Part shown: in pieces, positions 16,972 to 25,999 of the stretch
Position numbering within the stretch: the first letter of the stretch is position 1
Layout of the letters: the number at the start of each line of letters is the position of its first letter
Origin: Gammaproteobacteria bacterium
GTDB lineage: Bacteria; Pseudomonadota; Gammaproteobacteria; Steroidobacterales; Foliamicaceae
Length of the DNA: 64,000 nucleotides
Direction: 5' to 3'
NCBI GenBank assembly: GCA_026707445.1
Contig: JAPOWV010000008.1
Span: 15,855 to 79,854 of the forward strand
The notes under the pieces: generated by a model
Told to the model about the DNA's origin: nothing
Database searches by the model: none
Seen by the model: only the letters and a program-made list of their open reading frames with translations
Translations under genes and position numbers: made by a program

Positions 16972-18441
16972 GTGGCAATGTGGCGTCCGGCCGAGCGCAT
17001 CAAGTATGCGGCCGAACCCGGCCGCTGGCCGACCCGCGAAGAAGCGAAACAATCGCTCCTGTTTCAGCCGCTCGCATTGGGGCGGAACGGCCAGTGCCGG
17101 CTCAACGAACGCACCTGGGTGCCGGCGATGGTACCCTGGCGCGCCACCGAAGACGGCATCGTTACGCCCGACATCCTCGACTGGTACCGGCGCTTCGCCC
17201 AGGGGCGCCCCGGCGCCATCGTTGTCGAGGCCACGGGTATCCGCGATATTCCCTCGGGACCGCTGCTGCGGATCGGCCACGACCGCTTTTTGCCCGGGCT
17301 GCGCACGCTGACCGAGACCGTTCGAAAGGCCAGCGGCGGTTATACCCGCCTGTTCATTCAGATCATCGACTTCCTGAGCATACGCAGACGCCCCAAGCGC
17401 GAACGATATCTTAATGAATTTCTTAGAATACAGCCTTATCATATTGATAAAATAAATGTATCCCAATCCGTCCCAGAGGCGAAAATCCGTGCGGCCCTGG
17501 TCGACATGTCCGACGATGAGCTCATCGAGGTGCTGGACGAGCGCGAATGGGAAGCGCTGCAATACGGCGCCCGAGAGCGCGTGACCGACACTGAACTGGC
17601 GCACATCCGAGACCTCCCCCGGAAGCTCCCCGGCCTGTTTGCCGACGCCGCCGGGCGCGCACGAGAGGCCGGCTTCGACGGCGTCGAACTGCACTACGCG
17701 CACGCCTACACGATGGCCTCGTTTCTGTCCTCGCTGAACACTCGCGAGGACGGGTACGGCGGCAGCCTCGAAGGCCGGGTGCGCCTGCCCGTGGAGGTTT
17801 TCGAGGCCGTGCGGGACAGGGTGGGCGACGACTATGTCGTGGGCTGCCGGATGCTCACCGAGGACTGCCTGAACGGCGGCATGGAAACCGATGAGGCCGC
17901 ATTCTTCGCCAGCCGCCTGGCGGCGCAGGGCATGGACTTCATTTCACTGTCGCGGGGGGGCAAGTTCGAGGACGCCAAACAGCCGAAGGTCGGCTGGGCC
18001 GCCTATCCCTACACCGGACCCAGCGGCTACGAGTGCATGCCGTCGTACTACTCCGACGCGAAGGGGCCGTTCGGCCGCAACCTCCAGCCCGCGGGACAGG
18101 TGCGCGCCGCGATAAGGTCGGCGGGACTGGACACGCCTACCGTCGCTGTTGGCGGCCTGCACAACTTCGAGCAGGCGGAAAGAGTGCTGGCCGACGGCGA
18201 AGGCGATATCGCCGGCCTGGCCCGGCAGGCGCTGGCCGATCCCGACTGGTTCGAAAAGGTCCGGTCGGGCCGCGGCGATGAAGTGCGGCTTTGCCTCTAC
18301 ACCAATTACTGCGAGGCGCTCGACCAGCGCCACCGCCAGGTCACCTGCGAGCTGTGGGACCGCGAGAACCTGCAGGAGAAGGGAATCGCCATGTCCAGGG
18401 ACGGTAAGCGCCGCCTGGTCGCCCCCCGCTGGAAGAAATAG
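16972..18441 (+). CDS. NADH:flavin oxidoreductase, Old Yellow Enzyme-like TIM barrel with a long internal insertion
   Basis: AGFDGVELHYAHAYTMASFLSSLNTREDGYGGSLEGR is the OYE core motif. C-terminal Cys-containing stretch CLYTNYC..VTC. Start is GTG 16972 or ATG 16978. Confidence 0.8.
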   Translation: MAMWRPAERIKYAAEPGRWPTREEAKQSLLFQPLALGRNGQCRLNERTWVPAMVPWRATEDGIVTPDILDWYRRFAQGRPGAIVVEATGIRDIPSGPLLRIGHDRFLPGLRTLTETVRKASGGYTRLFIQIIDFLSIRRRPKRERYLNEFLRIQPYHIDKINVSQSVPEAKIRAALVDMSDDELIEVLDEREWEALQYGARERVTDTELAHIRDLPRKLPGLFADAAGRAREAGFDGVELHYAHAYTMASFLSSLNTREDGYGGSLEGRVRLPVEVFEAVRDRVGDDYVVGCRMLTEDCLNGGMETDEAAFFASRLAAQGMDFISLSRGGKFEDAKQPKVGWAAYPYTGPSGYECMPSYYSDAKGPFGRNLQPAGQVRAAIRSAGLDTPTVAVGGLHNFEQAERVLADGEGDIAGLARQALADPDWFEKVRSGRGDEVRLCLYTNYCEALDQRHRQVTCELWDRENLQEKGIAMSRDGKRRLVAPRWKK

Positions 18442-18466
18442 ATACGCACGTTTCAGTGGGTTCGTC

Positions 18467-18494
18467 TTGACCCGAGATCATTCGGGCATATACT
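18467..18494 (+). promoter_or_regulatory. Putative sigma70 promoter of metA (TTGACC-N16-TATACT)
   Basis: TTGACC 18467..18472, a 16-nt spacer, then TATACT 18489..18494. This is about 36 nt before ATG 18530. Sequence match only. Confidence 0.45.
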
Positions 18495-18529
18495 CACCGG
18501 CCCCGCATTGTTACCGCTTGCATCCCATC

Positions 18530-19609
18530 ATGCCCCTCGTGGCGCACAACAATCTGCCCTCTTTCGACAGACTGCGCGAGCAGGGCAACGACGTGCTGTC
18601 CGCCGGTAGCAGCCTGTCGCTGGACCCGCGCGAGCTGCATGTCGGGGTGCTGAACATGATGCCCGACGCCGCTCTGGAGATTACCGAGCGGCAATTCCTG
18701 AGCCTGATCGCCAACTGCAGCCAGCCGGCGCAGTTTTACGCGCACTTCTTTTCCGTGGGATGCCTGCCGCGCAGCGGCGCGGCGCAGGCGCATATCGCCG
18801 AGCACTACACGACTTTCGAGCAGCTGCGTGAGACGCGGCTCGATGCGCTGATCATTTCCGGCGCCAACGTAAGCAACCCCGCTCTCGACGAGGAGCCGTT
18901 CTGGAACCCGCTTCGAGAGATCATCGACTGGGCGCAGGAAAACGTGCACAGCATCCTCTGCTCCTGCCTGGCGACCCACGCGCTCGTAAAGCAGCTGTAC
19001 GGCATCGATCGCCGGCCGCTTCGGCACAAGAAGTGGGGCGTTTTCAGCCACCGCGCCACCAACCGCCGCCACCCTTTGCTGCAGGGTATCAACACGCGCT
19101 TCGACGTGCCGCATTCCCGCTTCAACGAGATCACCCGCGAACAGCTTGAAACCGCGGGCCTGCACATTCTCGCGGAAAGCGACGAGGCCGGCGTTCATCT
19201 TGCCGTAAGCCCCGATCAATCACGACTTGTTTTCTTTCAGGGCCACCCGGAGTACGACCACAACAGCCTGCTGAAAGAGTACAAGCGCGAAATCAACCGC
19301 TATCTCGCCGGTGAGATCGGCGAGCGTCCGCCCTACCCGGACAACTACTTTTCCTCCCATGCCGCGGAACTCGTGGAGTCTTTCATGGACCAGGCCACCC
19401 GCGCCAGGGCGCGAGGCGATTCAATGCCCGCGTTCCCCGAGGGAGAAATGGAGCCGCACCTCGACAACACCTGGGGTGACACCGGCAAAGCCCTGTTCAG
19501 CAACTGGATAGGGCTTGTGTGCCGCCTGGCTCATTCGGAACGCTGTATGCCCTTCATGCAGGGAGTCGGCCGCGAGGTCGCTTTCGGCATGCGGGACTGC
19601 GCGTCCTGA
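18530..19609 (+). CDS. metA: Homoserine O-acyltransferase, MetA family
   Basis: Collinear with MetA (VLNMMP.., GHPEYD..) from MPLVAHNNLPSF onward. The ORF-track 5' extension from 18149 overlaps the previous gene. The protein is about 50 aa longer than E. coli MetA. Confidence 0.9.
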   Translation: MPLVAHNNLPSFDRLREQGNDVLSAGSSLSLDPRELHVGVLNMMPDAALEITERQFLSLIANCSQPAQFYAHFFSVGCLPRSGAAQAHIAEHYTTFEQLRETRLDALIISGANVSNPALDEEPFWNPLREIIDWAQENVHSILCSCLATHALVKQLYGIDRRPLRHKKWGVFSHRATNRRHPLLQGINTRFDVPHSRFNEITREQLETAGLHILAESDEAGVHLAVSPDQSRLVFFQGHPEYDHNSLLKEYKREINRYLAGEIGERPPYPDNYFSSHAAELVESFMDQATRARARGDSMPAFPEGEMEPHLDNTWGDTGKALFSNWIGLVCRLAHSERCMPFMQGVGREVAFGMRDCAS

Positions 19610-19662
19610 TACTTCACCAAACCCACCCCCCAACTACAACTGCAACCACAAGGAGCGCTTCA

Positions 19663-20925
19663 ATGCGACAGGAAACTATTGCGATTCACGGCGGCTACGA
19701 GCCCGACCCCACCACCAAGGCCATCGCCGTGCCCATCTACCAGACCGTGGCGTACGAATTCGACAACGCCCAGCATGGCGCGGACCTGTTCAACCTGGCC
19801 GTGCCGGGGAACATCTACACCCGTATCATGAACCCCACCAACGACGTGCTGGAAAAGCGCCTCGCGGCCATGGAGGGCGGCGTCGCGGCGCTGGCCGTGA
19901 GTTCGGGAAGCGCGGCGATCAACTACTCGATCCTGAACATCGCCGAAGCGGGCAACAACGTCGTTTCGGTGCCGTTGCTTTACGGCGGCACCTACACGCT
20001 GTTCACGCACATGCTTCCGAAGCAGGGCATCGACGTCCGGCTGGCCGAAGACGACAGCCCCGCCGCTCTGGAACGGCTTATCGACGAGAAGACCATCGCC
20101 GTGTTCGCGGAAACGATCGGCAATCCCGCCGGCAATATCGCGGACATCGAGGCGATAGCCGAGATGGCTCACAGCCACGGCGTCCCGCTGATCGTCGACA
20201 GCACGGTCACACCGCCGCCCCTGCTCAAGCCGTTTGAGTTCGGCGCCGATATCGTGGTCCACTCGCTCACCAAGTACATCGGCGGGCACGGCAACTCGAT
20301 GGGCGGCGCAATCATCGACAGCGGCAACTTCCCGTGGACGGAGTACGCCGACCGCTACCCCGGACTCACCCGGCCCGAACCCTCCTATCACGGGGTCGTC
20401 TACAGCGAAGCTCTCGGGCCGGAAGCCTATATCGGCCGCGCCCGGACCGTGCCCTTGCGGAATACCGGATCGGCCCTGAGTCCGCTGAATGCCTTCCTGA
20501 TTCTGCAGGGCGTCGAAACGCTGTCACTGCGCCTGGAGCGGCACATCGACAATGCCTTCGCCGTGGCCAACTACCTCAAGGAGCACCCGCGCGTGGCGTG
20601 GGTGCACTACGCGGGCCTGCCGGAATCCCCGTACTATGATCTTGCACAGAAGTACACGAACGGGCGCCCGTCGGCCCTGCTGAGTTTCGGCGTAAAGGGC
20701 GGCTTCGAGGCCGGCGTGAAGTTCTACGACGCGCTCAAGCTTTTCCGGCGGCTGGTCAATATCGGCGACGCCAAGTCGCTGGCCGCGCATCCCGCTTCGA
20801 CCACGCACCGGCAACTGAGCGAGGAAGAGCAGGCTGGGGCCGGCGTGACGCCCGACATGATCCGGCTGTGCGTCGGGATCGAGCATATCGACGATATTCT
20901 CGAGGACCTGGATCAGGCCTTGTAG
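19663..20925 (+). CDS. metY: O-acetylhomoserine aminocarboxypropyltransferase (sulfhydrylase)
   Basis: MRQETIAIHGG.., NPTNDVLEKR and the PLP-lysine context SLTKYIGGHG. AAGGAG SD lies 7 nt upstream of ATG 19663. Confidence 0.93.
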   Translation: MRQETIAIHGGYEPDPTTKAIAVPIYQTVAYEFDNAQHGADLFNLAVPGNIYTRIMNPTNDVLEKRLAAMEGGVAALAVSSGSAAINYSILNIAEAGNNVVSVPLLYGGTYTLFTHMLPKQGIDVRLAEDDSPAALERLIDEKTIAVFAETIGNPAGNIADIEAIAEMAHSHGVPLIVDSTVTPPPLLKPFEFGADIVVHSLTKYIGGHGNSMGGAIIDSGNFPWTEYADRYPGLTRPEPSYHGVVYSEALGPEAYIGRARTVPLRNTGSALSPLNAFLILQGVETLSLRLERHIDNAFAVANYLKEHPRVAWVHYAGLPESPYYDLAQKYTNGRPSALLSFGVKGGFEAGVKFYDALKLFRRLVNIGDAKSLAAHPASTTHRQLSEEEQAGAGVTPDMIRLCVGIEHIDDILEDLDQAL

Positions 20926-21608
20926 GCAGGGTCCCCCAGCGCGCCCCGCAGATAGACGGGCCGGGCGTCCTCCGGGCGCAGCAGGCGGCCTTCGCCGTAT
21001 TCCTGCTTCGCCAGGCGAAGCACCGCGCGTGCGGGGGGAGCGGCGCTGTCCGCCACCGCGGCTATTCGGCCTGCATTTGCGGCCTGCAGGGCCTCGTCCT
21101 CGGACCAGATCTTGCCGGCGGCGACGAAACGCGCGGTTCCCGGCAAGCGGGACTGGGCCGTCGGCGCAAGCCGATCGTCCGTCTCGGCCGAAACGAGGCC
21201 TGACTCGGCGATCCGGTACCAGCCCAGGTAGACCTGGTCGCGCCCCGCGGGCAGAGCGGGCGCAATCCACGTGCGTCCGGGTGCGCGATCCCAGGCATCC
21301 TGCGCCAGGGCGGCGAGGCTGGAAACCGCGCACACCCGGATCCCCAGGCCCGTTGCCAGGCCCTGGGCCGCGGCGGCCGCTACGCGCAGACCGGTGAATG
21401 CGCCCGGGCCGCGCCCGAAGGCGATGCAATCGAGGTCATCGAGCGAGAGATCGACCTCGTCCAGGACCCTGTCTATCGTTTCATACAGTGCAGCCGCGAT
21501 CTTTGCCCCGCCGGGCACAGACGTCTCGAAATGCCGATCTCCATTGCAGGCGGCAACGGTCGATGGCCGCACGCCGGTCTCCAGCGCCAGGCAGCGAAAA
21601 CCGCTCAT
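20913..21608 (-). CDS. tsaB: tRNA t6A37 threonylcarbamoyl-transfer protein TsaB
   Basis: LALETG..CIAFGRGPGAFTGLRV pattern of YeaZ/TsaB. Start overlaps the helicase stop (ATGA). Confidence 0.85.
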   Translation of the reverse strand: MSGFRCLALETGVRPSTVAACNGDRHFETSVPGGAKIAAALYETIDRVLDEVDLSLDDLDCIAFGRGPGAFTGLRVAAAAAQGLATGLGIRVCAVSSLAALAQDAWDRAPGRTWIAPALPAGRDQVYLGWYRIAESGLVSAETDDRLAPTAQSRLPGTARFVAAGKIWSEDEALQAANAGRIAAVADSAAPPARAVLRLAKQEYGEGRLLRPEDARPVYLRGALGDPAYKA

Positions 21609-23620
21609 GCCGCCTCCAGGCGCGGCTCGCCGGCAACGCGGGTCATGAAGCGCAGGGCCTCACCGGGATCGCGGGTCAGCGGCATCGGCGGCAGGCTGCC
21701 CAGAAAGCGGCGGCCGTAGCCCCTGGTCAGCAGGCGCTGATCGCAGATCATCACGATCCCCTTGTCGCTCTCGCCGCGCACCAGCCTGCCTGCGCCCTGC
21801 TTCAGCGCAAGCACCGCCTCGGGCAGCGATATCTCGTTGAAGGGATCGCCGCCACGCGCGCGGACAGCCTGCTGACGGGCCCGGTAAACGGGGTTTGCGG
21901 GCGCCTCGAACGGCAGTCGGTCGATGACCACGAGAATCAGGTCGTTCCCGCGCACGTCCACGCCCTGCCAGAAACTCCGGGTGCCCAGGAGGATGCAATC
22001 TTTCCGGCTCCTGAATTCCTCCAGCAGCAGGTTGCGCGGCTTGCCTGCGCCCTGGGCGACGAAACGGTCCTTCCATACGGGATCGTCGCCGAGCACTTCC
22101 CGCGCCTCGTCCAGCGCCCGGTAACTGGTAAACAGAAAGAACGCTCTTCCGCCGGCAGCGGCCGCCACCGGCAGGGCCGCCTCCAGTACCGCCTCGGTGT
22201 ACCCTTCCGCCGTGCGCCCCGGGATCGGCAGATCCTGCGGAACATACAGCAAGGTGTTGCGCCGGTAGTCATAGGGACTGGCCACCAGCAGTTCGCGCAT
22301 GTCCTCGAATCCAAGGCGCCGCGCAAAATGCGTGAAATCGCCGTCGATGCTCAGGGTCGCCGAGGAAAAGATCCACGACGCCTCGGTCTTGTCCACCAGG
22401 CGCTGGAATTCCCCGGCGATGTCCACCGGGGTCAGATTCAGCGTGACCTGGCTGCGCGTGGTGCGGATCCAGCCCGCGCGGAGGCTCCCGGGCACGGCCG
22501 GGTCGGCATCGAAATCGGCATCCGGGTAGGCGTAATCCGCGTACTCGAACTCCTGGTCCCCGCGCAGTTCATCCAGGGCTCCGGACATGTATTCAAGGCG
22601 GTCACGCATGTCCCGCAGGCCGGCGGTGGCGAGAACCAGAGCGTCCTGCTCCTCTTCGGCGGCGTCCTCGCAACACTCGATCAACTGCTCCATCGCGAAA
22701 TCAAGCATCTCGGTCTCGCGGCCAAGCATTTTCGGCGCCCAGTCGCTCTCTCCCGGATCCCGCGGGCAGGCCAGGCGCAGATCGCGCACTGCGTTACGCA
22801 GCGCGTCGTGCTCCTCTTCCACTTCCGCCCAGACGCCCGCGGCCAGGGCCTCGCGCTGTACGTCCCTCAAGGCATCCAGGATCTGTCCGGTGCCGAGGCT
22901 TAATGCAAGGCTCTCACGCGCCACTTCCGGTAATGCGTGGGCTTCGTCCACGACCAGACAGTCGAACTTCGGCAACAGCCCATCCGCGCCGGCTGCCTTG
23001 AGTTGAAGATCGGCCATCAGCACATGGTGGTTCACCACCACGATCCGTGCTTGCGCGGCCTGTTCCCGGGCCCGGAAAACGTGGCACGACTCGAAATCCG
23101 GGCATTCCTTGCCCAGGCAGTTCTCGCGCGTAGAGGTAACCCTTCTCAGGATCGGCGCATTCTCGGGCACGCCTTCGCAGCGGGCCAGGTCGCCCGAAAC
23201 GGTGTGTCCGGCCCAGGCCCGGACGCTTTCCAGGTCGGCGCGCTCCCTGCCGTCGAGTTCTTCGGGCTTCCCGGAGGCCAGCGCCAGACGGTAGCGGCAA
23301 AGGTAGTTGCCGCGACCCTTCAGCATGCGCACCTTGACCGGCCGCCCCAGGGCCTCGCCCACCTGCGGCAGGTCGCGTAGAAACAACTGGTCCTGGAGGT
23401 TGCGCGAATAGGTGGAGATGACCGCGCGGCGCCCGGCGAGCAGGGCCGGAACGAGATAGGCCAGGGTTTTCCCGGCGCCCGGTCCGGCCTCGGCGATCAG
23501 GCAGCCGCCGTCGGCCAGCGTCTCGGCCACGGCAAGCGCCATTTCCTGCTGACCCTCGCGCGCGACAAATCCTTCGATCGCGGACGAAAGCGGCCCGTGG
23601 GGAGCAAGAGCTTCCAGCAC
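21605..23620 (-). CDS. ATP-dependent DNA helicase, DinG/YoaA (XPD-like) family
   Basis: Walker A AEAGPGAGKTLAYL, DEAH box VVDEAH, and a Cys-rich segment (CLGKECPDFESC) suggesting an Fe-S domain. GTG start at 23620. Confidence 0.85.
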   Translation of the reverse strand: MLEALAPHGPLSSAIEGFVAREGQQEMALAVAETLADGGCLIAEAGPGAGKTLAYLVPALLAGRRAVISTYSRNLQDQLFLRDLPQVGEALGRPVKVRMLKGRGNYLCRYRLALASGKPEELDGRERADLESVRAWAGHTVSGDLARCEGVPENAPILRRVTSTRENCLGKECPDFESCHVFRAREQAAQARIVVVNHHVLMADLQLKAAGADGLLPKFDCLVVDEAHALPEVARESLALSLGTGQILDALRDVQREALAAGVWAEVEEEHDALRNAVRDLRLACPRDPGESDWAPKMLGRETEMLDFAMEQLIECCEDAAEEEQDALVLATAGLRDMRDRLEYMSGALDELRGDQEFEYADYAYPDADFDADPAVPGSLRAGWIRTTRSQVTLNLTPVDIAGEFQRLVDKTEASWIFSSATLSIDGDFTHFARRLGFEDMRELLVASPYDYRRNTLLYVPQDLPIPGRTAEGYTEAVLEAALPVAAAAGGRAFFLFTSYRALDEAREVLGDDPVWKDRFVAQGAGKPRNLLLEEFRSRKDCILLGTRSFWQGVDVRGNDLILVVIDRLPFEAPANPVYRARQQAVRARGGDPFNEISLPEAVLALKQGAGRLVRGESDKGIVMICDQRLLTRGYGRRFLGSLPPMPLTRDPGEALRFMTRVAGEPRLEAA

Positions 23621-23708
23621 GCGGTCGGCCGTATTACTGATTTCGCCCTCCTCTGCCCGCGCAGCAGCGCCAGCGCGCCGCCGCTTTAGGGCCCGATGTT
23701 AACGAGCC

Positions 23709-25121
23709 CTAATACTCGACGGAAGGAGCCGGTGGCAGCTCATCCTCGGCGTCGCCGGGCTGCAGGTCGCGAAAGCGCATGCAGGCGCTTTCGAAGTACA
23801 CCTCGCATTCGCCGGTGGGTCCGTTGCGCTGCTTGGCCACGTGCAGCACGCGCTTGTTGACGTGGTAGAGATCCTGCTTCTCCTGACTCTCCGGCAATGT
23901 AACAAAGGCAACGACATCGGCATCCTGCTCGATCGCCCCGGAATCGCGCAGGTCGGACAGTTGCACGCGCCGGTCCGGCCGTCGCTCCACCTCACGGTTC
24001 AACTGCGACAGGACCACGACGGGCACGTCCAGTTCGCGCGCCAGGGCCTTGAGCGACTTGGATATGGCGCCGAGCTCTATGGCCCGGTTGACGTCGCGCC
24101 GTTCGGAAGGCGACGCATCGATCAGTTGCAGGTAGTCCACCAGGACCAGGCCCAGCTTGCGCCCGGCGCGCGCCTCGGACCGCGATACCCGCCGGGCCCG
24201 CGAGCGAATCCGGTCGGGAGTCAGCAACTGGGAATCGTCGATCAACAGCGGCGCTTCCTTCAACATGTTCAGCGCACTGTTGACCTTGCTCCAGTTACGC
24301 CCGATCTTCCCGATGCGAAGATCCGCATGGTCGATTTCCCCCAGCGAGGAAAGCAGCCTCAGCGCGATCTGCTTCTTGGGCATCTCGAGGCTGAACAGCA
24401 GTGCCGATACCGGCTTCTGGCTCAATACGGCCGATTGCGCGATCGTCAGAGCCAGGGAGGTCTTGCCCAGTGACGGACGGCCCGCCAGTATGACCAGGTC
24501 GCCATTCTGAAGCCCGGCCGTCAGGTTGTCGAAATCGGTAAGCCCCGTAGCCACGCCGGTCACCGCCTCGCCGCTTTTCTCCCGCTCGCGCAACCAGTTG
24601 ACCAGTTCGGCGCGAAACGCCTCGCCCATTTCCAGCTCGTCGAGATCGCCCTTGAAACTCTGCTCGTTGATCCGGAAGATTTCCTGCTCAGCTTCCTCCA
24701 GAAGTTCATCGGCTTCCCGGCCGCCGGTCTTCAGCACGCGCCCGGTAATCCGCCGCCCCGCCCGCGCCAGCTGGCGCAGTATCGACATGTCGCGAACGAT
24801 CCGGGCGTAGGTCTCCACATTGGCCGCGCTGGGCGTGCCGATCAGCAGATTCCCGACATATACGGCGCCGCCGGCGTCGTCCAGTTGTTCACGCGAGCGG
24901 AGATGCTCGCAGACGGTCAGGTTGTCGCAGTGCTTGCCGCCGTTGATGAGGTCGCGAATGGCGCCGAAAATCAGGCGGTGGTCGTCGCGGGAGAAATCGC
25001 CGCCCGCCAGCAGGTCCGCCACCTCGTCCCAGGTTTCATTCTCCAGCATCAGGCCGCCAAGCAGGGCGCGCTCGGCGTCAACCGAAGAGGGAAGAAGATC
25101 GCCGTTCTCAGCCATCTCCAT
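23709..25121 (-). CDS. dnaB: Replicative DNA helicase DnaB
   Basis: N-terminal AERALLGGLML.. and Walker A GRPSLGKTSLAL. Start ambiguous (ATG 25121, 25115, or up to 25178). All candidates overlap the rplI 3' end. Confidence 0.95.
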   Translation of the reverse strand: MEMAENGDLLPSSVDAERALLGGLMLENETWDEVADLLAGGDFSRDDHRLIFGAIRDLINGGKHCDNLTVCEHLRSREQLDDAGGAVYVGNLLIGTPSAANVETYARIVRDMSILRQLARAGRRITGRVLKTGGREADELLEEAEQEIFRINEQSFKGDLDELEMGEAFRAELVNWLREREKSGEAVTGVATGLTDFDNLTAGLQNGDLVILAGRPSLGKTSLALTIAQSAVLSQKPVSALLFSLEMPKKQIALRLLSSLGEIDHADLRIGKIGRNWSKVNSALNMLKEAPLLIDDSQLLTPDRIRSRARRVSRSEARAGRKLGLVLVDYLQLIDASPSERRDVNRAIELGAISKSLKALARELDVPVVVLSQLNREVERRPDRRVQLSDLRDSGAIEQDADVVAFVTLPESQEKQDLYHVNKRVLHVAKQRNGPTGECEVYFESACMRFRDLQPGDAEDELPPAPSVEY

Positions 25122-25764
25122 CGGAATCCGCGGCCTGAACCTGCGGCTCGGCCCCGGCGGCATCTTCATCCGCCCCATCGGCCGTCGGTTCCGACTCCGG
25201 AGCTTCCCCGTCCGTGTCCGCGGTCGCGTCCCCTCCCGTCAGTAACGTCTCTTCCGTTTCCTCTTCCTCGTCCGCGGGCAATGGCTCGGCCCCCGGCAAA
25301 ACCTCGGTCTCGCCGGCCTGTCCGACCACGCGGATCGTGGCCTCCTGCTGCACGTCGGCATGCAGCTTCAGCGTAACGGGGTGCTCGCCCAGCTCCTTGA
25401 TCGGGCCGTCGGGCATCTGCACTTCCGAGCGCGACACCTCCACGCCGGCTTCCTCGAAACCGGCGGAGATCTCGGCCGGACCGACCGAACCGTACAGCGT
25501 GCCAACCGGGCCGGCGTTGGCGATGATGGTGAGCGGCAGCACCGCCTGCACCTGCTCGGCTCGGGCCGTAGTGGCGGCCATGCGTTCCCTTTCCATCGCC
25601 ATCAATTCCGCGCGCCGCTCTTCGAACGCGGCGATCTGCTTTTCGGTGGCGGGCGCAGCCTTGCCCTGCGGCAGCAGGTAGTTGCGCCCGTATCCGGCGC
25701 GCACGTCCACGATGTCCCCGATCCCGCCGAGGCTCTCGACTCTTTCCAGGAGAATGATCCGCAT
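25108..25764 (-). CDS. rplI: 50S ribosomal protein L9 (bL9) with a ~70-aa acidic C-terminal extension
   Basis: MRIILLERVESLGGIGDIVDVRAGYGRNYLLPQGKA is canonical L9. Residues ~149-218 are D/E/A/P/T-rich. Confidence 0.95.
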   Translation of the reverse strand: MRIILLERVESLGGIGDIVDVRAGYGRNYLLPQGKAAPATEKQIAAFEERRAELMAMERERMAATTARAEQVQAVLPLTIIANAGPVGTLYGSVGPAEISAGFEEAGVEVSRSEVQMPDGPIKELGEHPVTLKLHADVQQEATIRVVGQAGETEVLPGAEPLPADEEEETEETLLTGGDATADTDGEAPESEPTADGADEDAAGAEPQVQAADSDGDG

Positions 25765-25771
25765 GACGGCT

Positions 25772-25999
25772 CTACTTCTGCTGGTCAGTGTATGGCAGCA
25801 GGGCGAGATAGCGGGCCCGCTTCACGGCAAGCGCGAGCTGCCTCTGATATCTCGCTGAGGTTCCGGTGGTGCGGGCCGGAATAATTTTGCCCGTCTCGGT
25901 CACGAACTGCCGAAGCAGCCCCACGTCCTTGTAGTCGATCTCCTTGATGCCCTCGGCCGTGAACTTGCAATAGCGGCGCCGGCGGTTGTAGCGGTTCAT
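25772..25999 (-). CDS. rpsR: 30S ribosomal protein S18 (bS18)
   Basis: 75 aa, [40 protein letters not shown]. Confidence 0.97.
   Translation of the reverse strand: MNRYNRRRRYCKFTAEGIKEIDYKDVGLLRQFVTETGKIIPARTTGTSARYQRQLALAVKRARYLALLPYTDQQK

Noticed and set aside
18442-18529. Looked for a SAM riboswitch or other leader upstream of metA, and likewise in the short spacers before metY and trpE.
   Set aside because: Only a promoter-like TTGACC-N16-TATACT and a ~35-nt leader are present. The spacers (88, 53 and 57 nt) are too short, and no conserved riboswitch cores were recognisable by eye. A covariance-model scan would be the decisive test.
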